NCBI GenBank assembly: GCA_004431415.1
Contig: QPMI01000536.1
Coordinates: 18,651 to 82,650 of the forward strand
DNA: 64,000 nt
Reading direction: 5' to 3'
From: Cyanophora paradoxa CCMP329
Taxonomy: Eukaryota; Plantae; Glaucophyta
Positions 34,199 through 45,097 of this stretch are shown here, piece by piece (positions within the stretch are counted from its first letter, which is position 1; every line of letters starts with the position of its first letter). The translations under genes and the position numbers were made by a program. Below the pieces are notes generated by a model, which was not told the DNA's origin, did not search any database, and saw only the letters and a program-made list of their open reading frames with translations.

Positions 34199-37100
34199 AT
34201 GTCGTTTGCAGCTGCAGCTCGACTATGTGCGCAAGCGCAGCTCATGTACATGTTTGTAGCCCTCGCTGTGCTCATGCATATGCATATCGATGTAGCGTCA
34301 GCTGCAGCGCTCGGCCGCGGACGACGTCTTGGTACGTACATCTAAGTCTAGATTTAAATTTATACGCTTTCATCATGTGCATATACATATACATATGATT
34401 ATAATAAGCTTGTACATGTGCTCATTTCTTCATTGCGATCCATGTTATGAAGCTTCCGGCGCCGGCGCGGAGTCGGACTCCGGATCCTGGCCGACATCAA
34501 TGCATCTGGACCCTGAAGACGAAAGCAAGCTTGTGTTGCTGTCGGGGCTGGAAGAGGAAGCGTTCCTGGGCGTTTTCCCATCGGTCAACGGGTCCGGCAT
34601 GTACCTTGTGTATTGGGGTTACGAAGAAGTGTCGAGCTCGTACGGATATCAGCGCGTAGGAAGGATTAAAATCTCGTACCTTCCTATCGGGAACACTACC
34701 CTTGACGAAAGTCTCACCACCGCCGTCGACACGTTCTCGATACTGCCTTCTCGAGTCCACGTCGCTTCCGAGCCCTCACTCGCCGTCCACTACTACTTTC
34801 CAACCAGCTACGTAGTCGACGTCTTTGCTTCAGCAGTTCCAGGATCCGATGTCACCCCCACACGGTTTGGATGCCACGTCGACAACCTGCCCAGCATGAC
34901 CGTCCCGACGCCGCTTGGCTTCCCTATCCACTCCCTCTCCCCTCGAAGCGCCTCGTTTCTCGCCCTCTCGGTGCGCGCGGTAGCGCTAGCTCCCTATAGC
35001 TAGATCTGCTGGCATGCATAAGAAAGCTTCCGGCAAGGACTAGTACTCATGATCATGATCGTGACGTGCAGGGCGACTCGTCAAGTGAAGCGAAGCTGTA
35101 CTACGTCGCGATGCGCGGAACACAGGCCAGCACATGCACAACTACACTGCTTGCAACCACGCAAATCTTGGCTGCAGACGCCATGACAATGCTAGCGACG
35201 CGCCGTTCCATGGATGGCGCCGCTCTCGTCGCGCTTGTGCACAGGGCAGGGGTGTCGCTTTTCAGCTGCTCTTTCTACAGGTCGGCATTCAGCGCTGGGG
35301 AGCAGGATCTCTCTGGTGACCTCGACCAGCCCGCTTGCGTGCAGAGCGCAACCCTCGCATTCTCGGACAATTTTCTGGCTGGTTCGAGCCCAGTGCTGGC
35401 TGCGCTGTCGGCGAGCCGCTCGTTCTTGTTGGTGCTGTTGAGCAAAGAAGGCTCTTCAACTGGACTTGCAGTTAAAGTTCACTTTGACATCAATGGGCGG
35501 TACCTGGCAATCGGAGGGAACTCTTCAGTGCCTAAACCAGTCGGTCGAAAAATACTGGTACACCCCAATGGTCTGGACATGTATGCTTTCGTTGCCATGA
35601 GTGATGGCACTCTTGGTATTGCGCGACTTTCTCAAGGTAACGGATCGGCCCCAAGCTTCGCCGAAGCGTTCAGCCTACAGTGCGATTACAGCCCGGGATG
35701 GCCCGAAGCACAGATGTTGTCGGGACAATGTGCCCCAAAAGGCGCCGCAGCATCCGCAGATGGTCGGTTCGGTTATTTTCATGTCTACCACGCGAGCGCA
35801 TCATATTCAGCCTTCAACACTCGTATCTACATCGTTCGTCTTGCGGGCCCCCCGGTCATGGCGACTTCTCAGTTCCAGGCTGCAATCTCGGATTCCGCAT
35901 CAATCTTTGCAACTCTATCCGGAACCAGCCCGTACGAGCAAGGAGCACTACCGCTCTGCCAGTCAGCTCCTCTGCCCATCCCACAAGGCTGGTCTCTGCT
36001 ATCGGGGTAAGCAATTGCAAGTTCGATTGTATTTGCATGATCATGAATTAGAACCTCGATCTGCATGCGCGCTGAAACAGAAAACGTGCGCATGATTTTG
36101 AAGTCCACTGCACATGCTGCTATCAGACGCATTGTCATACGCGCTCAACTTCGGTTACGGAAACCAATGGCAACCTCGAGCAAATTGGAGCACCGCATAC
36201 CTCGCGCAGGGCAACCTTTCGAGACAAGCAGGTGTTTACCCCGCTGAGCTCAGCTATCAGAACAATGAGAACTATTTCGGCCTGTTATCGGAGAGCGTCG
36301 CGGACGGTGTGTCTGTCTACCGTCCTATCGATTGTGATCGAGCACCTGCGCAAATCGCGGTAATGCAAACCACCGCCCGAGGCACGTCCCTTTCGCTCCA
36401 ATAAATAGAGCTAACTAGATAATTACATTATGCCTGAGCAAACCAACGTTAACCGCGCAGTTCCAGTGATGGCGGGCCTGCAAACACTCCAGTCGAGCTT
36501 GCTTACATTCTCTCAGACCGATGAGAGTATTCTCCGTAACCCACCTCATGTGTTCCCTCTACCTGACGATGACGGAGTCTCATTCAACATTCGATTCGGC
36601 ATGAAAGATGTAAATGACGGAATATATGTGTGCATCGAGGTGTGGCGACGGTCAACTCAGATCGGATCTTGCGTTCAAGTGTCAAACAACTTCTACGACA
36701 CCTCCTCTTCCTTGTCCTTCCGAATTCTCTCAGCCACGACAGGTCTGAACGGAAAGTGCATCTACATTCTGTTTACAAACTCCACTGGTATCAGCTTCTT
36801 CAGCAACCAACCCCGTTCGGAGCCTTTTCCGCCTTCGTTGATTGTCGTGTCTAAGCGTGCTCTCATTGAAGCCGCGAATACTGGAATGGAATCGCTGCTC
36901 CAAAATTCAAGTGCCTGTGCACAATTCCAAATTGAAATTGGCTTTGTAACGGAATCCAGGTGCGCCCTATTGCTATTATTACCGACAAATATCGGTGAGA
37001 TCTCACGTGCTTGCAGCTTGTCGCCAAGGATTGCGACTGGGTTTCAATCAGACAGCCCTGGTTCATACAAGCTGCCCCTCAGACCAGCGCCTGTGCAGGA

Positions 37101-40100
37101 CTTCATATCACGTGATGGCTCGCGAGCTGCAGTGCTGGCTCTTACTTCGAACGAAGGCCTCTCGGCCTGGTACGTCACGCAAGTCGTTGTCACGCCGGGC
37201 GCAACACCCATCGCCTCCCTTGTTGGATCTCCTACGAACATAGATTTTTGGCCCGCACTGGGAAGCTCTTATGCCACCCGCCATCTTGCGTTGATGGACA
37301 GCGCAACGCAATCTTGGGCAATATATTTCATTGCAATGGACCCGTACGATCGATCGGATAACGGACCTGCTCCGTCGACTGGCTTTGTGATTCTTCGATG
37401 CCGCGTCGACAGCTTCGGCTTTTTTTATTCAAAGGCCTTCGATTATTCGAATTCAGTAGAAATTTCTCCCGGCGGGGAACCAATATCGAGTTCATCGCTC
37501 CCACAGCCCAGCGAGAGCTCGCAATCCGCCCTGCGGGCGTGGGACGCGACGGGGTTCTTGCGGCCGATGAGGATCGTCTCGGACCCAGCGCGCTCCGTCG
37601 TATACTTCCTCTACGCATGGCGTCCCAACGCTCTGCTTCTCGGAGTCAGTCCGTACGGCTCCACTATCTGGGTATACACTTGACTTTCTTATTTACGAAT
37701 CGACTACCTTCTCGATCTTTGACTTCCTTATTTGCGGCAGTCCATTTCGAGCTCGAATTTCGAAGCTTTCTCCGTAAAACACCAGTGGCATCTCCCTACC
37801 TGTGCATTATACGACTTCTATCCATTCAAGAGCTTGCCCATGGGCTTCGCGCAGTGCAGTAGCTACATTGCGAAAGTAGACCTCAGCTCCGACGGCTACT
37901 TCACCAGTTCCTCAGCTCTGATGGGCGAGAATCTCATGCGAATTGACATGAGGGCGCCCCTCACGCCAACCGACCGGCTGATCGCCCCCCCTGCGGAAGA
38001 CGCCGTTTATGTTTTTGCTGGGGAAGTGGACGAGGCGCTCTTCCCGGACGGATATTTGTCCATGACCGACTCTTCGTGTTCTGCCCAGTTCGTGCCGACG
38101 AGCACAATGTACCTTGCAAGAATCTCACCGCTCGCTCTCTCTGTGACCGGCCTTGCTCTCCTACCCCAAGCGGCTTTCGGATTTCACTCTATGATTGACT
38201 GGTCTTCATATTCCTATGGAGCGCCGTGCTACGAACTCAAGCTCCAGTTTTCGCATGCCGGGGTCTACCCGCAAGACCTTGCCGTGGCCCCCGATGGCTT
38301 GGCGCTGACGTTCAGCGCATTCGACAACCGGCGCGGCTCCTCGCACCTCCCCACAGCAGTCATGTACCGCATCGAAGTGCCAGCAGCAGCGTACGTGGAG
38401 ACGGACGTGTTCTTTCTGGCGGCGATCGACGGCGTGCCACCCGACGAAACGGCGGTCGGATGCCAGCACGTCACGCGGGCGGTTCCAGACGGATGGCTCC
38501 TTGCAGAAGGGTGCGTCTAGATAATTCTCCCCACGTCATTCGACTTTCGCCCTAACTCCGGCTTCAGGAATCAATTCATCAGAGCTGCTGCTGCATCGAG
38601 AGGCTGGGGCGCAGAGGCTGTCATACTTGCAGGTGTGCAAATTATATGTATACGTATCATAGCTCATAGCTAGTTTACTAAATATATAGCAAATGCATTT
38701 AGCGATAGCTCTAGATCTAGATCTGACTTTCAGCCATGGCCACACGCAGATGGAACCGCGGTACGAACGCTTCTCGCGACCACATCGAATTCAGGCGTGT
38801 CCTGGACGGCAACGTCAACAGACCATCTCGTCTCATCGACAGGCAGCGATGGCGTCGTCCGGTACCTGCCTCGGCTGTGCCCCGCACGCGTTCTAGTGTA
38901 CAAGATGAAGCCGGGCGCGTCGTTCCCGACTCCGAGCCCGAGCCCGTCGCCCAGCCCGAGTCCGTCGTCCACCCCGAGCCCATCACCCAGCCCCAGCCCC
39001 AGCCCGTCACCCAGTCCCAGCCCCAGCCCCAGCCCCAGCCCCAGCCCCAGCCCCAGCGCTAGCCCGTCGCCTAGCCCCAGCCCGTCGCCCAGCCCCAGCC
39101 CTTCGCCCAGCCCCAGCCTGTACATGTCACCCAGCCCAAGCCCGAGCCCATCGCCCTGCCCGAGCCCGACCCCGTCGCCCAGCCCGAGCACGCCGCCCAG
39201 CCCGAGCCCGAGCCCGAGCCCGTCGCTCATTCCGGGCTCCTCGCCAAGTCCGAGCCCCTCGCCAGCAGCTCAGCCACAGGCGCAGGACGGAGAAGGGACG
39301 CTGGCTTTTACACCAACCCCCTCACTGAGCCCACCAGCAAGCGCAACTCCGTCCCCGCGGCCGTCGCCCACGGCGCTCGCTCTGGGTCCGGACCCGTCAC
39401 CCACGGCCCTCGCGATCGTAAGTACTATTACTGCTTTACACCCAAGGTTAACGTTGCTGTTTTTGCACAGGCTGCAAATTCAGACCCCAGCGCGCCTACG
39501 CCATCTCCCAGCGCGAGCGCTGGCGCTACCGCTTTTAAGAATGCAACGCCATCGCCGAGCCCGACATCAATATTGGCATGGAAGATCACGCCGACACCGT
39601 TTTCTGGGGCTTCGACAGGATCGAGCTCATCTGCGGGTATCCCCCCCCCCCCCCCCCCTCTCCGTCATCATCGTCATCAGGAGTCCGAATAAAGAACTCG
39701 AATCGAATTCGCAGGAACAACCGGCCTTCAAGCCACTCCGACGCGTAGCCCTTCGGTTGCAATGTTGACCGCTCTTAACATCACGGTGGTCTTGAACTAC
39801 GATTTTGCTGCGTGGAGCACGGCCGTCGAAAAGGAGTTCCTGTCGCGGTTTGCTGCCGTTCTCGGCATCGCCGTGGAACGCGTTATCGTCGTTCGTGTCT
39901 ACAGGTCATTGAAGTCGCCCGCTGCCGCGTCTATATCGCCCGTGAACTCAAAGACTCTGCAGGGGAAGCACAGTCTTGGAGCTAGCAGTCATCGCCGACG
40001 TCGACTCCGCATCAAACAGCACTGGTGCGCTTGCGCGAATCGAAAGTCGCGATCGATCGTTTCAAACAAAGCTTGCAATTGTGATTGATTAATTAAGTTC

Positions 40101-41782
40101 TATTTCTTGTCGCAGGTGCCCTTGCCGCCTCGCTGGCCCAAAAGGAGGCAAGCGGAGCACTTGCAAGCGCCTTGGGGACTGAATTCGCATTGCAGTCGCT
40201 GACGATAGGTTAGCCCCTTCAAACGCCCACTCGCTCTTCTATTCGGTTTAATTTAATGCGAGACAACGTTGACGCAGTCAATGATGTTAGAACATCAACT
40301 TCGACCGACACGTCTGCAGCTGGCGCAACCCTGGCCAGCGCCAGCGGCGGCGCAACAAACTCGGCCAGCGGAGGCGGTTCGGGAGCTTCAATGATTCCCA
40401 TTGCCGCTGGCGCGGCCGGAGGGGCGGCCCTGCTGGCCGCCGGCGTCGCGGCGGCTCTGGTGATCCGGAAGCGGCGCGCACGGAATTCGAAGGGCTCGTC
40501 CAAGATCGTCCCGGATGTTCCGGATCCGGACCAATATTCGGATGTGCATGTGCATGCTCAGGCGCTCGCTTTTCTTTTATTCCGCATCCGAAATCTTCGT
40601 AAAATCTTCTGTTTTAGTCCGCATCTGAAAGTTTCGCATGCAGAGTTCCGGAGCCAATCGAGACCAATCGTGGAAAGTTCACGAGATCGAAGTCGTGGAT
40701 AGCGACGCCTCAATGAGAGTTGTCAGGATTCCCGAGCCATCAGCAGCATCCCTGCAGCTCGTTAGCGGTAACGAAAGGGAGGTTAACACCACAGTGCATC
40801 TGCGCCCGCCGGTGCACATCAATCCAGGTCGAATCCACTTCCAAATTTATAATAATGCATCATTCTGTCAGGTACCGGCGACTCATGATCAATCTAATGC
40901 AGTGCAAGCACCAAAGCATTCGCCTCTCAAATCCAAGCTGATTTCACCGGTACCTTCGTCGATAGCCAACCGCCAAGAGATGCGATACGACGCGTTTATC
41001 TCGTGCGCATACTTGTTCACTTTCTTCAATTAACTTCAAATGCAATTTCAGAATTTGACCGAATCCTCGCGCGCCAGTTACGCTCACAAGAATTCAGAGC
41101 TCGTAACATTCTACACGAGAAAGCTTGAAGAATCCGGAGTCTGCACGATCTGGTGAACTCGATCTTGCAATTGCAGCTCAAGATCATTTGCTGACACGGG
41201 TCTCGGATCTCAGGGTGGACTTGGAGCTGAAGGCGGGACAGAAATGGATGAATGAAATTGCGGTCTGTTATATAAGCAGCTACATTTACAGGTCGTTGAA
41301 GCGAACTTATCCACGAGCAGGCTGCTATGCGCCGCAGCAAGCTTTTCATTTGTTTCCTGTCCTTCGAGTACCTTGCTTCACATAACTGCGACGACGAGAT
41401 GCAGGTGATTTCAAATATATATCATTAATAGTAATGACTGTATACGTATTTGTTTCTCGTGTTTTAAACTGGCGCTTCACCATCCAGTACGCACACAATC
41501 GCCTCCGCCTGAGGAAATTTCCGGTTTGCTTGGTCGACCGAGAAGAAATCGTGCGAAGATTTGAAGAATTCAACAGAAAGAATTACGACATGATGCTCGC
41601 CTCTGTGCCAGAGTGCGCATGCGCCTTTAAAATCTGCGTCATTCTGTATCAAGCATCCGTCTGACGTCGTCTGCAGAGAGGACTGGACACAGCACCCGGG
41701 GCCAGCCGAGGTGCAGATGGAGGAAACAGCAAACGAGCTCATTCTCAAGCTTAAGCGAGCCATAGCTGTAGAGAGAGTCTAG
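34199..41782 (+). CDS. Multi-exon single-pass receptor 2: signal peptide - large beta-rich ectodomain - (SP)n stalk - SEA-like - TM - TIR
   Basis: Exon 1 MSFAAAARLCAQAQLMYMFVALAVLMHMHIDVASA. Long exons at about 34453-34970, 35072-36005, 36470-37670 and 37741-38510. SP tract ~38925-39270, then VYR|GSTVLELAV. TM IPIAAGAAGGAALLAAGVAAALVI followed by RKRR. Spliced TIR: YDAFISYAHKN...CTIWVDLELKAGQKWMNEIAAAMRRSKLFICFLSFEYLASHNCDDEMQYAH...FPVCL. Confidence 0.85.
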
Positions 41783-42965
41783 ATATGAGGGTTTGTTTCC
41801 ATTGCGATCTGATTATGAGTCACATCAAATTAAAGGCTCTGCAAAGTGACGAAAACGGTGTAAACTTGAAACGCACTAATATTAATGCCGACGCGGCGGC
41901 ACTCAAGATCTGCGCTGCGCGTGCGATATATAGCACCGCCTCGCTTTAAAACTTTCACCTCCTCCAGCTGCCGTCGACTGTCGCGATCGTAAAATAATCG
42001 ACGTCGACGTCTCTGATCATGAACTCGTAAATTTAAATAAAAAAATATAAATCAAAGGTGCTACGGTACTCGGTGCCGCCGCCGCGCCCCCTCGCCCGCC
42101 ACGTCCGCCGCCGCCCTTCGGGACGCCGTGGAAGAGTGCGGCTTCCATGGCCAATCCGCGGGCATTACGTCGCCCCCTCGAGCTCGCCCCGACCTCGCCC
42201 CCTCGCCCCGACCTCGCCTCCGTCCCCCCGGCCTGCTCCGGCTTCATGACCGGGGCCATCAGCCGGGGCCTATAGCTACGTATATACTCCTGCAGCTGCG
42301 CACTTAAAGGAGTGCGCAATCTCACTAATTATAATTATAAGGACCGGAGGGATGGGAGGGGCATGCGCAATCTCACAAATATAATTATATTATATGCAAA
42401 GAGGATGAGGATAGATATCGGACGCCGCCGGCGCCGCCGCGCCGCACGCGGCTGCCCACCGCGCTCGAGCTCCAAATTCGAGGAGGACTTCAACTTCTAC
42501 ATCTATAGCTATAGCTAGCTCTACTGCCGCAGTGCTTCGATTTCACAGCACTAGTACTAGTATACCGTATATACGTATACGTATTACGTACTGCATGCGC
42601 AGCTACAGGAGCGCAGCAAAGAGCCGTCGATGTCCGGCGGTCGCAAATGTCCGCTTCCCCTTAAGCTTGTCGCCCCGGCTCCTTCAGCGCTAACTTGCAA
42701 ATGTTGCGCTTCAAGAGAAGCGCCTCGAATCCGATGATCGATTCATGTCAATGAAGTGACTTGAAATCTCGTGACAAACTGCAATACTATATATAGCTAT
42801 GATATGCATGCGCAATACTATGATAGCTACTCTGGGCTTGATCCCGGCCTCGCCCCGGCCCGTGTACCGTCTAGATCTTGTCCCGGCCCGGGCGGCTAGT
42901 CATCGTGCCTTGAAGCTTTTTGAAGCCTGATAGCTAGCTATAGCTATAGCTATAGGGGCGAGCCG

Positions 42966-44770
42966 CTACTCCGGGCAGGCGGCGTCGGCGGCGGCGCCGA
43001 AGGTGGAGCGGAAGGCGGCGCCGACGGCGGCGACCATGCGCGCGAGGGCCGCGCTCGGCGCCTCCCGCGCCCACCGCCACCGGAACTCCTGCACCGCCCG
43101 GGCCTGGTCAGAGCCCAAGGGGCGGGCGGGGCGGCGGGCGGGGTGGCGGGCCTCGACGGCGGCGACGGCGGCCTCGGGGACCCAGAAGGCGGCCTCGGCG
43201 GCGGGGCCGAGGACGGGGCGGTCGCCCGCGATGGCGTCCCGGTGCGCCAGCACGTGCAGGTCCGCGAAGGAGGGCGCCTCGGCCGGCAGCAGGTACGACG
43301 CCCGCCCGAACCTCCCATCCCGCCAGGTCAGCCCGCGCCGCCCCGGGCGCCTCGGACCCCGAGCCGCGCACCGGATCGCGCGGGCGAACTGGCGGTACTC
43401 GGCGGTGGACTGCAGCAGCGCCACCAGCCGCGCGTTGTCGTGCTGCGCGTTCGTGAGAGGGCCGGTGGGAGCAGGGGCCACGGCCACGGGCGGGCGCGCC
43501 TCGAGCTGGTTGACGTGCTGGAGGAGGGCCGTCGTCGCCCGCGCCGCCTTCCGCAGCTCCCCCGCCTCCGCCTCCCGCGCCGCCACCTGCCCCCCGCCCC
43601 GGGACCTCAGGCCCCGGCCCCGCGCAGGACGAGGGGCGCCCGATCGCGAGGCGCGCGCGCGCGCGCCTCCCGCCGCAGGTCCGTCACGGCCGCCTGCAGC
43701 TCTGCGGCGGCCTCAGGGGCGGCCTGGGCTGTTCGGGGAAGGGGAGGGGCGGGGCGCGCCCTCGGCGAAGTCCCGCGCCTGGCGGAGCTCCTCGCGAAGC
43801 CGGTCGCCCTCGCCGGCGGCCCCGCCAGCCGCGCCTCGGCCTCCCGCGCCCGCGCCGCCACCCGCTGCATCTCCACCCCGCCCGCCGCCCGCCCCGCCCC
43901 CTGGCCCCGCCCCGTCAAACGACTACCCCCCGCCGAGAGGGGGCGGGGTACAGACGTCGTGCTCGGCGACGGTGGCGACGAAGGACCGCTCCGCCGGCGA
44001 CAGGTTCGCGTGCATCTGAGGCGGGGAGGGGGGGTGAGGGTTCCGGGGGTACGTGCGCGGACGGGGGTACGGGGCGCCCTCGCCTTGTTGTCGCGGGAGG
44101 AGAGCTCGCGCATGCCTGCTTCGAGGTCGCGGCACTTCGCCTGCAGCTTGTCCACGAACTCCAGTTGCTGGGGGGGCCTCAGCGAGGGGGTACAGGTGCG
44201 GGGGAGGGGGGTACGAGGCAGGCACCGAGGAGAGGGACTCGACGCGCTTCTCGAGGGCGGCCTTCTGGCGCGCCTGTTCCTGCGTCTCGAGCCAGAGCTT
44301 GCGCTCCACCCAGACCCCGCCCGCCCCGCACGAGACGCCCCCCGCGCTCGCCACCCGCGCCGTCGCCGACGCCGCCGCCCCGGGGCCCGCCGTCCGCCGC
44401 GCCGACGCCGAGACCGGTCTGCGCTCAAAGATCAGAGGCCTCTCGATCCGCTCGCGGCGGCGGGCGGTCGCCTGTTCGTGCCGCGCTCCCTCATGCGCGA
44501 GGGCGATCCCGGCGCCGCCGCCTCGTCCGGGTCACCGAGGTACCTGCGAAGGCGCGGGGCGGATCGAGAGGCTCAGAGCCGCTTTCCAAGCAGAAGCGAG
44601 TCCCGGCCGCGCACCTCGGCATCACGTTTCGGACGCCCTGGTCGAGGATGTGCTGCGCGAAGCGCCTCGACGTCAGATCGAGCTTGCCCGGCGGGCGCGC
44701 CCCGGCCCGGCGCCCGAGCAGCCGAGCGAGGATCGAGACCTCTAGGGGCGAGAAACGCACGACCAACCCT
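42966..44770 (-). CDS. Multi-exon host coiled-coil protein of unknown function
   Basis: Exons with WVERKLWLETQEQARQKAALEKRVESLSS, QLEFVDKLQAKCRDLEAGMRELS and DNARLVALLQSTAEYRQFARAIR, separated by short GC-rich introns. 5' end uncertain. Confidence 0.55.
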
Positions 44771-45097
44771 TAGCTGAGCAAGCTCGCAGCGCCACCGCGG
44801 AACCCACCTTTTGTACCGACAGTGCTAGATAAGGGTCCATGCGGCGACCCGGAGCGCCGCCGAGGACCAAGGGATCAAGCGTGCTGCACACCCCGCAATG
44901 GCTGGAAGGCTTCGGTTTGGCTATCCTCTCTAGTCGTTTGAGTGTGCGTGTACCCCTATGCGACCAGCCTCCGAGTTCCCCCGGCCGCCGGCGGCCGCCT
45001 CTGGCTTCGAGGAGCGCATGCTTTAGGAACGTAGAGCGCCCGCCGCATGCCGGCTAGCAGCTAGGCGAATCGGCGGTCTCTGATCAGCTGGGGCGGC

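Noticed and set aside
42300-42395. Short direct repeat TGCGCAATCTCAC..TATAATTATA with CTTAAAGG, possible transposon end
   Set aside because: No partner end, TSD or transposase found.
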